Positions 1 to 9,065 are shown, numbered from the stretch's first letter. The stretch: DNA of 44,413 nt from a virus (IMGVR_UViG_3300012971_000028:1-44413), one strand, 5' to 3'. The notes: a model not told the origin generated them from the letters alone. Translations and numbers: made by a program.

Positions 1-164
1 CAAAGCAACATCAAGACTACAATTACACTGCCGTTCAAGTCGATACGTCGGGCAGTGGTCGTCTGATCTCTCGCCTTGACGGAACGACACGAATTATTCG
101 CATTCCTGCATCAGGAAGTCGGTTGACTCGTGCAACGGACCGTGGTAGGCAGTCCCGTCGCTAA
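1..164 (+). CDS. 3' part of a hypothetical protein that begins at about 44272 and wraps the junction
   Basis: The frame starting at base 3 is open to TAA at 162-164 and joins in frame with the open frame at the window end. Confidence 0.55.
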   Translation, partial: KQHQDYNYTAVQVDTSGSGRLISRLDGTTRIIRIPASGSRLTRATDRGRQSRR

Positions 165-185
165 CCCCAATCGATAGGAGCCGTC

Positions 186-647
186 ATGGCAGCAGTCAAT
201 GTTACGCTCGTCGGCACATTCACGTCAGCCGATGGCACTTCAGTTGGTGGCACATTCACAGGATCAATGCACTACACTGACTTAGGCATTGGTGGTGGAC
301 CTGCGCAACCGCCACTTGGCATCTGGGGTCCAACTGATCCCAGACCGACACCACCGATTTATTTGCCTCCGGGTGGTGGTGGACAGCCTCCGGGTGTGCC
401 AACACATCCGATTGTCATCCCGCCGACACCACCGGGCACTGATCCGCCGCAGCCTGCACATCCGATTGTGCTGCCACCTGTGCCGCCTGACCCGCCACAG
501 CAGCCGCCGGGCAGTGGCATGCCGCCGCCTGGATGGTCGTGGCATTGGCAAGACCCGCCTGGGGCTTGGCTGCTTGTCTACAATCCGCCCGAGAGTGGCA
601 AGCCGCAGCCGCCCGGTGCTGGTGCTGCACCGCCGCCGCGTAGGTAG
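186..647 (+). CDS. Proline/glycine-rich protein with PxxPIx(L/I)PP repeats
   Basis: AGGAG RBS before the ATG; repeats PTPPIYLPP, PTHPIVIPP, PAHPIVLPP; hairpin directly downstream. Confidence 0.85.
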   Translation: MAAVNVTLVGTFTSADGTSVGGTFTGSMHYTDLGIGGGPAQPPLGIWGPTDPRPTPPIYLPPGGGGQPPGVPTHPIVIPPTPPGTDPPQPAHPIVLPPVPPDPPQQPPGSGMPPPGWSWHWQDPPGAWLLVYNPPESGKPQPPGAGAAPPPRR

Positions 648-671
648 ACATACGACTGCGTAGTGCTACAA

Positions 672-707
672 TGATGGGGTCTGCTTAGGCGGGCCCCATC
701 ACTGTTT
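672..707 (+). terminator. Intrinsic terminator-like hairpin
   Basis: TGATGGGGTCTGC-TTAG-GCGGGCCCCATCA followed by CTGTTT. Confidence 0.65.
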
Positions 708-768
708 GGAGCACACAATGGCCTCACCGTGAATGCGCTCATATCTATTTGCCAAGGGAGAGGCTACA

Positions 769-1224
769 ATGCCGAACAATGACCGTCCAATACTCGCTTT
801 GGACTTCGATGGTGTCATTCATCGCTACTCACGTGGTTGGCAGGATGGTGCTATCTACGACAACATGACTGATGGCTTCGTGGAGTGGGCACTACAAGCG
901 ATGAAGCACTTCAAGCTCGTTGTGTATTCATCGCGCAGCAAACAGCCAAGTGGCACTGATGCGATGGCAAATTGGTTCAAGGGCCAGATGCATCCGTGGC
1001 ACTGCACAGACTACGTGCGAAGTGCAGATGAGTGCTATCTGCGCTTCCTCGATGCATGGAATGCTGATGTGCTCGTGTTCCACTTTGCACACGAGAAGCC
1101 ACCTGCATTCCTGACCATCGATGATCGTGCTGTGCAATTTCGTGGACGCTGGAATGACATCAAGCTCAACCCAGACCGACTGCGTAACTACAGACCTTGG
1201 ACGGAGGAGGACAACAATGGCTGA
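769..1224 (+). CDS. HAD-superfamily hydrolase (nucleotidase/phosphatase-like)
   Basis: Motif I LDFDGVIH, motif II VYSSR, motif III/IV EKP...IDDR; start placed at ATG 769 after GGGAGAGG. Confidence 0.85.
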   Translation: MPNNDRPILALDFDGVIHRYSRGWQDGAIYDNMTDGFVEWALQAMKHFKLVVYSSRSKQPSGTDAMANWFKGQMHPWHCTDYVRSADECYLRFLDAWNADVLVFHFAHEKPPAFLTIDDRAVQFRGRWNDIKLNPDRLRNYRPWTEEDNNG

Positions 1225-1408
1225 ACCAACACAGTTACAGCGACTAATGGCTGCTGTGTATATGGTAGGCAACATGGACACTGAAGAGGACAAAGCTGCG
1301 TGGTGGAAGGACTATGGAACATTGTGGAAGGAAGTAGCTGCTGATGTAAATGTGCAGTCATGGGCAGACGTAATGGCAGAGGAAGCAGATAATGCCATCG
1401 GTCAGTAG
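1217..1408 (+). CDS. Small acidic hypothetical protein
   Basis: GGAGGAGG RBS before ATG 1217; overlaps both neighbours. Confidence 0.7.
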   Translation: MAEPTQLQRLMAAVYMVGNMDTEEDKAAWWKDYGTLWKEVAADVNVQSWADVMAEEADNAIGQ

Positions 1409-1589
1409 AGCACAACAGCGTCTCATGCAAGGCATCGCACACGGCAGCATCAAGCCGAAGAAAGGCCAACCGAGTAAGGCAGTGGCACAGGACTTCGCTG
1501 CTGCTGATCATGCACGTGGTGCTACCAAGTTGCCACAACGTGTAGGACATGCTATAGTTGCTGGTCGATCAGCAAAGGAGGCATACTGA
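1392..1589 (+). CDS. Small basic hypothetical phage protein (MPSVSRAQQRLM...)
   Basis: GAGG RBS; TGATG coupling to the next gene. Confidence 0.75.
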   Translation: MPSVSRAQQRLMQGIAHGSIKPKKGQPSKAVAQDFAAADHARGATKLPQRVGHAIVAGRSAKEAY

Positions 1590-2527
1590 TGACACAAGTT
1601 ATGACGCAAGATGCACAGGTCGTTGACCTGTTCTTGCAGGACCACGGTGAGGACCCATTCACTAAGTTCAACACGCCAGCGTCACCGATACTGTTCCCAG
1701 TTGGTGAGCGTGCTGTTGGATGGCAGATGCGTGATGGTTCGTATCAACGCACCAATACGCACAAGGCGATCATCCGTCTGAACCAGAGGGGTGACGCTGC
1801 ACAGTTGCTGAATGTCGTTGGCAGTGGCTACAAGCTGGTGCACAACAGAGAGTTGTTCAGTGCTGTTGAACACGCCATGATGAATGAGATGACGATCTCA
1901 TCTCTGCATGATGTGCGTGTGACTGACAAGGTGTCTGGCTGGGGCAAGGTGTGCTATCGTCAGTATGTGTTCCCATCCATCAGGTGCAGACTTCCTGACA
2001 CAAGAAGTGACATAGCATTTCGTCTCATCGTCCAGAATGGCTACGGCGGCAGTGCACTGCGCATGCATGCCGGTGCCATTGACTTCTACTGCACCAATGG
2101 GATGATCCGTGGTGACTACACGAGTGCATACCGCAAACACACCAAGGGCCTGATCGTTGGTGATCTCGGCAAGAACATCCGTGATGCACTGCTGCAATTC
2201 GCCAATGGCCAAGAAGAGTGGCAGCGTTGGGCACGGACACCAACGAAGTTCGACAAGGTGGTCGCCTTCTTCGAAGAGATCGCACAGTCTGCGAAGATGA
2301 AGGAGAATCTGATCGATCAGTATGCACGTGAGTGTGACACACGTGGCCAGAACATGTGGGCCGTGTATAGCGCACTGACCTACTACTCGTCGCACAACGA
2401 TGGTCAGTTCAGCATGCGTCGCACTGTCGCTGAGATGGACAACGAAGCTGCTACGATGCTGACACGTGAGTTGAACGTTGCCAAGTGGACACAGGCCGAC
2501 TCGTGGCGTGCATTGGAGGACGCTTGA
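1589..2527 (+). CDS. DUF932/DUF945-like phage/plasmid protein
   Basis: Motifs YKLVHNRE, IVQNGYGG, FYCTNGMI, RKHT and NMWAVYSALTYYSSH resemble the family as I recall it; AAGGAGG RBS. Confidence 0.8.
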   Translation: MTQVMTQDAQVVDLFLQDHGEDPFTKFNTPASPILFPVGERAVGWQMRDGSYQRTNTHKAIIRLNQRGDAAQLLNVVGSGYKLVHNRELFSAVEHAMMNEMTISSLHDVRVTDKVSGWGKVCYRQYVFPSIRCRLPDTRSDIAFRLIVQNGYGGSALRMHAGAIDFYCTNGMIRGDYTSAYRKHTKGLIVGDLGKNIRDALLQFANGQEEWQRWARTPTKFDKVVAFFEEIAQSAKMKENLIDQYARECDTRGQNMWAVYSALTYYSSHNDGQFSMRRTVAEMDNEAATMLTRELNVAKWTQADSWRALEDA

Positions 2528-2552
2528 CACAGTGCTGTAGTTGTGTCATACT
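2524..2552 (+). promoter_or_regulatory. Sigma70-like promoter
   Basis: TTGACA-17 nt-CATACT with an extended -10 TG, upstream of gene 2600. Confidence 0.75.
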
Positions 2553-2599
2553 GTGCTTGTCTACTCGATGTGGTAGGCAAGTAGAGGAGTTCTTCACAC

Positions 2600-3076
2600 A
2601 TGTTGACGACTTCTGACAATGCACGACTCGTTGCCGATGTGGACAAGGCACTCATCGACATGGAGCAGCTACTGCCCAGTGCGGCAAGCAACACTGGTGC
2701 AGTGGCACTGCGCTACTGGCTGTGGAACCGCGTCGATGGTTTCGTCAAGGCCAAGTGCCGTGCCATCGACAAGGAAGCGCTCAGTGCTGGTGTGCTGTTC
2801 GATCACAAGGACAACCCACAGGCACCGGGCACCGACTTGGAGTTCTATCGTGACGACCACGTGTCCATTCGTGTCGAAGTGCGAACCGCTACGACACGAC
2901 TGAACATCAACAGACTGAAGCTGCTGCTGGTGCAGAGTGGATGCATCAGTGCTACAGCGCTGGACGAATTGATCGATGAGGCGACGACCACCAATGCGCC
3001 GCCGCACTTCTTCAGGTCTAGCCTTGTGGATGATGACGCACCTACCGTCAAGACGCCAGCCGACACTATTTACTGA
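2600..3076 (+). CDS. Hypothetical protein
   Basis: GAGGAG RBS; lies between a promoter and a terminator. Confidence 0.8.
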   Translation: MLTTSDNARLVADVDKALIDMEQLLPSAASNTGAVALRYWLWNRVDGFVKAKCRAIDKEALSAGVLFDHKDNPQAPGTDLEFYRDDHVSIRVEVRTATTRLNINRLKLLLVQSGCISATALDELIDEATTTNAPPHFFRSSLVDDDAPTVKTPADTIY

Positions 3077-3088
3077 CGAGGCACAATG

Positions 3089-3124
3089 TGGCACCCTGGC
3101 TTCGGCTGGGGTGCCATTTGTGTT
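3089..3124 (+). terminator. Intrinsic terminator
   Basis: TGGCACCCTGGC-TTCG-GCTGGGGTGCCA followed by TTTGTGTT. Confidence 0.75.
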
Positions 3125-3135
3125 AGGAGCAAACA

Positions 3136-3366
3136 ATGACGGTGGTATACATGCATGACGTTGTGCCCAAAGTGGAGACGCGACACCATCGCGGTCAGCG
3201 ATACGTGTTGCAATACGACCCGAACGCTGCCGATGGCCACAAGTGGTGCTGGCATGCGTATGTCACACACACGTATGAGTTCGTGGGCACGGGCAACACC
3301 ATCGACAATGCAGCACGACGCGCAAAGCAACGCATCGACAAGGCGATGAGGCTGTGCAATGACTGA
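3136..3366 (+). CDS. Hypothetical protein
   Basis: AGGAG RBS; overlaps the start of the next gene. Confidence 0.75.
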   Translation: MTVVYMHDVVPKVETRHHRGQRYVLQYDPNAADGHKWCWHAYVTHTYEFVGTGNTIDNAARRAKQRIDKAMRLCND

Positions 3367-3751
3367 CAGCGATCCGATGGCTGAGGTAGAGGCACAGAGC
3401 AATGAGCCAGACGTTGATCGATTTGACACGCCGACGCAACGCGCTACGATCAACATGCTGGACGTGGATACGCTAGACGCAGTGTTGGAACAGATACGTG
3501 AGCGCCGATTGCAGACGGTGCGCAAACTTGAGCAGGCAGCCAAAGTGAAGGCTGACGAAGTTCGCCTCGCAGCATTCCTGAAGTTCAACAACCAATACAA
3601 ACGAGCGAAGCAGGCCATTGCACGACTGGACGAGGCAATCAGCAAAGCAGAAGCACAAGTGCACAGAGCAAGACTACTGGCGTTGGCGGCGGAACTGGAA
3701 GTTGGCGACGACAGCGAGGATGATGATGAAGGGACCAGTGCGGTCGCGTGA
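3359..3751 (+). CDS. Hypothetical coiled-coil protein with acidic tail
   Basis: Helical A/E/K/R-rich ORF in a tight operon. Confidence 0.8.
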   Translation: MTDSDPMAEVEAQSNEPDVDRFDTPTQRATINMLDVDTLDAVLEQIRERRLQTVRKLEQAAKVKADEVRLAAFLKFNNQYKRAKQAIARLDEAISKAEAQVHRARLLALAAELEVGDDSEDDDEGTSAVA

Positions 3752-3980
3752 CTTGCGCAGCAACATACGTGAGTTGGGCTTCGAACAGGGTGTTGTGCAG
3801 ACCATCGAGTCGTTCCTCGATGAGTTTGCACAACATCGGCATGATCTGCGTGAGGCCGTGCAGTTGCTAGACATGTGCATCAGTCAGGTAGACAAGATGG
3901 TGCGTGTTGGTGACGGCATGGCCAAACAGATGAACGAGTTGCGCCGTGTGCGTGATCAAGGAGACGAGCATGAGGATTGA
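3726..3980 (+). CDS. Hypothetical helical protein
   Basis: GAGGA RBS before ATG 3726; fills the gap between neighbours. Confidence 0.7.
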   Translation: MKGPVRSRDLRSNIRELGFEQGVVQTIESFLDEFAQHRHDLREAVQLLDMCISQVDKMVRVGDGMAKQMNELRRVRDQGDEHED

Positions 3981-5076
3981 GTTGCAGCAACATGCGGCTG
4001 ACATCCGCATGGCCACTGAGGCAGATGCACACCTGCCGTGGTATGACTACACGCGACTGGCAGCAGTCAACACGTGTCCGACGTGGGGCGTGCTACGCTA
4101 CGACATGCACAAGCAGGCAGCCGGTGCTGGCCGTGCCATCGCGTTGGAAGCTGGCAGTGCAATGCACGATGTGTTTGCATTCGTGCGCCTTGTCACACTG
4201 TTGGAGTGGCACCAGAAGGACAAGCCGCAGCACTTCTTGGACCAAGTATGGAACTACCAGTGCACACGCCTGTATGGTGGTGAACGCGCAGAGCAATTGA
4301 TCGCTGACTGTCAGGGTGCCAATGACACCAGCGATCTGTGTCGGCGTGGTGCTATCTCAGTGCTGAACACAAGTGGCTTCTATGATGATCCACGTGACAA
4401 GCAACGCACACTGTCGAACATGGAGGAATGTGCGTATGCATACATCAACCGTTGGCGCTTTGATCATCCTGTGTGGGTGCGCAATCCCAGCGACGCTACT
4501 AGCGATGTGGGTATCGAGGTGCCTTTCGATGTCGTTGTCAACATCACAGGTGTGCATCCTCTATCTATCCGCTTTGCTGGCAGGATTGACGGCCTACACA
4601 CTGATGCACTCGGACGGCTGACCGTCCATGACAACAAGACCGCCTCCCGTCTGGGCGACGCCTGGACCATGGCACAGGAGATCAGCCACCAGTATACTGG
4701 ATATTGTATAGCCGCATCGGTATTCACACAACAGGTGGTGTCGAGGTGCGACGTATTGGGGCTTGCAATACCGCTGCCGAGGGCGTATGATTTCGGTGGT
4801 TTCGCAAGGGAGGGGATGAGCCGAGACACCCACCACTTACAACGCTGGCTGGTCTGGTTGATCCACAGTGTGAACATGCTGCTCACATACCGTGGTGATC
4901 CGTTCTCAGCGCCCAAATACACGCACTCGTGCAACCGCTACTTCAGGCCATGTTCGTTCATTCCGTTCTGCTATGCAACGGATGAAGAGCAGCAGGACAT
5001 GCTGTCTGAAATGGTGGATGACGAATGGTCACCATTGCAGAAGAAGGTGGTGCTCCAAGGCGTGGGCAGTGAATAA
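3970..5076 (+). CDS. PD-(D/E)XK exonuclease, RecB/AddB/Cas4-like, probable 4-Cys Fe-S site
   Basis: NTCP, GSAMH, EVPF, GRIDG, HDNKT, QYTGY and C-terminal CNRYFRPCSFIPFC; AAGGAG RBS before ATG 3970. Confidence 0.85.
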   Translation: MRIELQQHAADIRMATEADAHLPWYDYTRLAAVNTCPTWGVLRYDMHKQAAGAGRAIALEAGSAMHDVFAFVRLVTLLEWHQKDKPQHFLDQVWNYQCTRLYGGERAEQLIADCQGANDTSDLCRRGAISVLNTSGFYDDPRDKQRTLSNMEECAYAYINRWRFDHPVWVRNPSDATSDVGIEVPFDVVVNITGVHPLSIRFAGRIDGLHTDALGRLTVHDNKTASRLGDAWTMAQEISHQYTGYCIAASVFTQQVVSRCDVLGLAIPLPRAYDFGGFAREGMSRDTHHLQRWLVWLIHSVNMLLTYRGDPFSAPKYTHSCNRYFRPCSFIPFCYATDEEQQDMLSEMVDDEWSPLQKKVVLQGVGSE

Positions 5077-5115
5077 CACATGCGCTAGCGCGCATGTGTA
5101 AAGAAGAAAGGAGAC

Positions 5116-5280
5116 ATGCATATGGATGAGATAGAGTATAGGAAGATGTATAATGAAGCATGTAATGAATTGAATAACAACAATCCTATTCGTGCTTCTC
5201 TTATTATTCTACAACTAATCAATCATCTCAATGAGCGCATTGATGATTTGCATGTGGAGGATGATGACGATGGCTGTTAG
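5116..5280 (+). CDS. Small AT-rich hypothetical protein (54 aa, MHMDEIEYRK...DDDDGC)
   Basis: Translated by hand; below the ORF-track cut-off; AAGGAG RBS; overlaps the ATPase start. Confidence 0.7.
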   Translation: MHMDEIEYRKMYNEACNELNNNNPIRASLIILQLINHLNERIDDLHVEDDDDGC

Positions 5281-6112
5281 TCCTCCACAACGTAGTGAGA
5301 TGCCTCGTCCTCGCTTCGGACCAATCAGTGCAGCGAATGCACGTATGTCATTGCTGCTGTGGGGTGCAAGTGGCTGTGGTAAGACAACACTATGTGCAAC
5401 TGCACCAATGAACATGTTGTGGTTGCAGTTCGATCCTAACGGTGTGAACAGCTTGACACACTATCCCAATCTGCATAGAATACGACACATCAACGCAGTT
5501 GGGTATAGTGCGAGTGTGATCGATGCGGAGTTCAGCAACCAAGACCCATTCGGCATCGAGGCAGAACTCAAAGAGAATCCAAATGTGCAGACGTTGGTAG
5601 TCGATAGTGCCACCACACTTGCGGACCGTGGTCTAGAAATAGCAGTCATCAAGCAGAACAACACGTCATACGACGTGCCAGGACGGCATGGTTGGGGCAC
5701 ACGCAACCAGATCATCCGTCGCTACGTGTCGAAGCTGATGCAGATCGCTGCTGCACATGACTTGCACTTCATCATCACAACACATGAACACACGTTCCAG
5801 AAGATAGAGAATGGACCAGTCAGTATCACATTGTCGCTGAGCGAGAACCTTGCCAATGAGGTTGCAGTGCGCTTCAGTGAGGTGTGGCACATGGAGGACA
5901 CCGGCAGTGCACGCCTAATCTACACACGTGCGTATGCCAACTACAAGCCGATGAAGACACGTATGTTCTTGACACCAGACAGTGTTGTTGGTGGCAAGTT
6001 CATCGTCCACTACGACGCGAATACATGGACTGGCGATGGCATTGCTGAGTGGTGGCAACAGTGGAATGACAATCAGGGCCGTAAGATACCACTGCCTGTG
6101 AAAGGAAGGTGA
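5270..6112 (+). CDS. Sak4-like / AAA_24 P-loop ATPase (single-strand annealing recombinase candidate)
   Basis: Walker A GASGCGKT, Walker B LVVDS; located between exonuclease and SSB; GGAGG RBS, exact start uncertain (5261-5270). Confidence 0.8.
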   Translation: MAVSPPQRSEMPRPRFGPISAANARMSLLLWGASGCGKTTLCATAPMNMLWLQFDPNGVNSLTHYPNLHRIRHINAVGYSASVIDAEFSNQDPFGIEAELKENPNVQTLVVDSATTLADRGLEIAVIKQNNTSYDVPGRHGWGTRNQIIRRYVSKLMQIAAAHDLHFIITTHEHTFQKIENGPVSITLSLSENLANEVAVRFSEVWHMEDTGSARLIYTRAYANYKPMKTRMFLTPDSVVGGKFIVHYDANTWTGDGIAEWWQQWNDNQGRKIPLPVKGR

Positions 6113-6230
6113 CAAAGATAAGCCCATGCCGACATGCGACATGGGCCTGAAAGGAAACATGCAAGACTAACCACTGTCCGAGGTGCGGACGGTGGGAGTA
6201 TAGTCCACCCCATCAAGGAGTTCAAGTCTC

Positions 6231-6656
6231 ATGTCTGGAACACAGAACCAGATCACGATCGCTTCGTTCACGTCCGACATCACGAATGCGCCACCCCCGC
6301 CTCTGCTGCCCCCACGCAGCTATCGTGCTGAACTCATGGGTGCAGCAATCAGGCCGGTGGCGTCCAACCCTAACCACCTGATGTGGAACCTTACGTTCCG
6401 CGTCCCGCCCGAAGAGTATCCGGCTGACTATGATGGCGACCCCGAAGGCACCATCATCTACTATAGTCGTGCACGTGCCGAAGACAGCATGCGTGGCCGT
6501 CACGATACGCGCAAGCTGATGGAGAAGATCGGTGGGCCGCTGTCCATGCGTATCGACTGCAACGAGTTGATCGGTCTGTGGGCCAACGTCGAGGTCGTCC
6601 ACAGCACGTTCAACGATGAGACGCGTGCTCAGGTTGCTCGCGTCCTGGCGCCGTAA
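6231..6656 (+). CDS. Putative single-stranded DNA-binding protein (DUF669-like OB fold)
   Basis: LPPRSYRAEL start and ELIGLWANVEVVHSTFN end pattern; position after a Sak4-like ATPase; AAGGAG RBS. Confidence 0.65.
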   Translation: MSGTQNQITIASFTSDITNAPPPPLLPPRSYRAELMGAAIRPVASNPNHLMWNLTFRVPPEEYPADYDGDPEGTIIYYSRARAEDSMRGRHDTRKLMEKIGGPLSMRIDCNELIGLWANVEVVHSTFNDETRAQVARVLAP

Positions 6657-6674
6657 TATATAATGCACACGCGG

Positions 6675-6703
6675 TTGCCAAGCGCAGCCGCGTGTGCTAC
6701 ACT
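6675..6703 (+). promoter_or_regulatory. Sigma70-like promoter inside an inverted repeat
   Basis: TTGCCA-17 nt-TACACT with an extended -10 TG. Confidence 0.6.
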
Positions 6704-6728
6704 TCAGTGTCAATCAACGGAGGAAGTC

Positions 6729-7022
6729 ATGAGTGGTTCTACCCAGCCCCAGGCTCGGGCTGGCAATGGTGAACAGCCAGCACCGAAGCGCAAGCGCAAC
6801 CGCAGCCCCAGTATGCCAAAGCCTGCATTCGTGATCATGCAGCTTCTGGGCGATGACAATCAGCCGATGCAGTTCGACAAGCGTCGCGTCAAGGTTGTCG
6901 CTGTGGAGCGTCAGGCTGAGAAGGTGCTGGAGGCAGTGGAGAGCGGTGCACATCCCAACGCTTTCTATCTGCGCGTCATCGTGCCTGTGGCCGCTGGTGC
7001 ACGCAAGGCAGCAAGCGCATAG
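6729..7022 (+). CDS. Small basic hypothetical protein (possible nucleic-acid binding)
   Basis: GGAGG RBS before ATG 6729; PKRKRNR patch; own promoter and terminator. Confidence 0.8.
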   Translation: MSGSTQPQARAGNGEQPAPKRKRNRSPSMPKPAFVIMQLLGDDNQPMQFDKRRVKVVAVERQAEKVLEAVESGAHPNAFYLRVIVPVAAGARKAASA

Positions 7023-7035
7023 CTAACAGGCCGAT

Positions 7036-7076
7036 AGAGGGCCGCATCGATCCAACCCGGTGCGGCCCTTTCTTCT
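7036..7076 (+). terminator. Intrinsic terminator
   Basis: AGGGCCGCATCG-ATCCAACC-CGGTGCGGCCCT followed by TTCTTCT. Confidence 0.75.
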
Positions 7077-7105
7077 AACTACAACATCTGAGACAAGGAA
7101 TGCAC

Positions 7106-8440
7106 ATGACAAACACTGACCCGGACGAAATGCTCGGTCTGCCACAGCCCATTGTGTGGGATGACGTGCAGAACCAAGCCATCGATGCGTGCTGCGATGT
7201 GTCCAAGCGCATCGTTGCAGTGACTGGCAAGGCAGGCACAGGCAAGACCATCCTGCTGCGCGAAGTGGAGAAGCGTCTGCGCCAAGCTGGCTACGTGGTG
7301 CAGGCCAGTGCACCGACTGGCAAGGCAGCCAAACGCATCAATGAGGCGACTGGCTTGCAAGCCATGACCAATCATCGACTGCTTGGCTTCGGCTTGCCAC
7401 GTGAGATGGAAACAGAGAACGACAAGGGCGAGAGGGTGATCGTCAAGGTCAGCACAGGACCACGCTTCGGCCCTGGTCAGCCACTGCACTACGACACCAT
7501 ACTGTGCGATGAGTATGCAATGGTCAATCAGGAGATCAACCGCAACCTCATCGATGCGCTCAAGGCTGGTGCACGCATCTGCATGTTCGGTGATGTGAAC
7601 CAACTCAAGCCGATAGAAGAGGACAAGCGCCTCAATGAGCAACCATCGGCATTCCAGAATGCACTACAGAAGTTTGGTGGGATCACACTCGACACGATCC
7701 ATCGGCACGATGCAGGCTCTGGAATTGCTCGCAACGGTGCACTCATTCTGCAAGGACGGGTGCCCCGTAGTGGTGACGACTTCGCGCTCAGGCAGACAGA
7801 TCAGCCTGTCCGTGCAGTGCAGGAATTTGTCCAACTGTGTCGCGATGAAGGACATTCATACGCTGATGCAGACCACCAAATCATCACCTGCATGAACAAG
7901 TCGTGGATCGGCACGCAACGTCTGAACATGGTCATCCAGTCCATGTTCTGGGATCGGCACAGGCCGTTCATCGAACTGCCGCGCTACAAGATCGCAGGTG
8001 AAGACCAGCCACCTATCCGTGTGCAAGTGGGCAGCAAGGTAGTCTACACTGCCAACACCTACAACATGGATGGCCTTGGCACATCCTATGCCTTCAATGG
8101 TGAGGTTGGCATAGTGTCCGAAATAGACTACAATGAAGGCATCGTCGAGATAGACTTCGGCGATCGTGCCGTTGCCGTGCCGCCAATCCTTATCACTGTG
8201 CACAACAATGGCAGAGTGGTGGAGGGTGATCCTCGTCGCAACATCGACTTGGCATATGTGTTGACGACACACAAGATGCAAGGATCGGAGGTGAAGCATG
8301 TCTGCTATGTGATCAACAAGGCAACTACGTGGGGGCAGTCAAGGAGGAACTTCTACACTGCCGTCACTAGAGCACGAGAGCGGTGCACTGTGTTCTGTGA
8401 TCCGCACTCGTTGGCAAAGTCAACAAGATATGCAGGATGA
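7106..8440 (+). CDS. RecD/Dda-like superfamily 1B helicase
   Basis: GKAGTGKT, APTGKAA, LCDEYAM, GDVNQL, LAYVLTTHKMQGSE, YTAVTRA. Confidence 0.93.
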   Translation: MTNTDPDEMLGLPQPIVWDDVQNQAIDACCDVSKRIVAVTGKAGTGKTILLREVEKRLRQAGYVVQASAPTGKAAKRINEATGLQAMTNHRLLGFGLPREMETENDKGERVIVKVSTGPRFGPGQPLHYDTILCDEYAMVNQEINRNLIDALKAGARICMFGDVNQLKPIEEDKRLNEQPSAFQNALQKFGGITLDTIHRHDAGSGIARNGALILQGRVPRSGDDFALRQTDQPVRAVQEFVQLCRDEGHSYADADHQIITCMNKSWIGTQRLNMVIQSMFWDRHRPFIELPRYKIAGEDQPPIRVQVGSKVVYTANTYNMDGLGTSYAFNGEVGIVSEIDYNEGIVEIDFGDRAVAVPPILITVHNNGRVVEGDPRRNIDLAYVLTTHKMQGSEVKHVCYVINKATTWGQSRRNFYTAVTRARERCTVFCDPHSLAKSTRYAG

Positions 8441-8449
8441 ACCACGGCC

Positions 8450-9037
8450 ATGCCGTTTGTAAAACTGAACAAATCACGCAGTGGTGCTTACTACGACAAC
8501 ACAGAGCCACAGGTTCGCATGGGCTATCGCTTGCAATCCGACATCATGCCATCACGTGCCATCTACTTCGCTCTCACCCAGAGTGCCGTTGCTGCGGCAG
8601 GGTGGAAGGCCGAAGAACGGCCCAATGGCCGCGTTGTGGTAACCGTTGACATCCTTGAGGGCACGCATGATGATGCGGGCTTCCTCATGCTGATGCCAGA
8701 CCCGAAGGGCTACTCGTTCGGCACCAATAGGGCCACTGGGGAGAACGCCACCAACACGTCACTGACATGCCATATCATCGCTGCCAAGTTCAAGCACTAC
8801 GTGATGAACGATCCCGATGAGATCGACCCGCACGTTGTCGAACACTCATATATGGAAGGGGGCATACTCATCCAATGCCCTGACTGGCTACGCTACAATC
8901 CACTGTCACTGCCAGTCAGGCAGGAGCCGTCACCACCACGCCCTACAAAGGACGACGCCGACAATAAGATGCTGCCAATGAACAGGCAGCAGCGGCGTCG
9001 TCTGGTGCACGATGCTATGCGTGTCTACAAGAAGTAA
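8450..9037 (+). CDS. Hypothetical protein
   Basis: 195 aa ORF filling the gap between helicase and polymerase; C-terminal MNRQQRR. Confidence 0.8.
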   Translation: MPFVKLNKSRSGAYYDNTEPQVRMGYRLQSDIMPSRAIYFALTQSAVAAAGWKAEERPNGRVVVTVDILEGTHDDAGFLMLMPDPKGYSFGTNRATGENATNTSLTCHIIAAKFKHYVMNDPDEIDPHVVEHSYMEGGILIQCPDWLRYNPLSLPVRQEPSPPRPTKDDADNKMLPMNRQQRRRLVHDAMRVYKK

Positions 9038-9043
9038 GCCTAT

Positions 9044-9065
9044 GCGCCCTCAGCAATGGGGGCGC
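9044..9065 (+). promoter_or_regulatory. GCAA-tetraloop hairpin in front of the polymerase RBS
   Basis: GCGCCCTCA-GCAA-TGGGGGCGC with no U-tract; function unclear. Confidence 0.45.

Noticed and set aside
3970-5076. CRISPR-associated Cas4
   Set aside because: The four-Cys PD-(D/E)XK fold is shared with phage recombination exonucleases, and the context is Sak4-like ATPase plus SSB.
6140-6165. Hammerhead ribozyme (CTGA...GAAAC)
   Set aside because: The core reads CTGAAAG rather than CTGANGA and there is no room for stem II.
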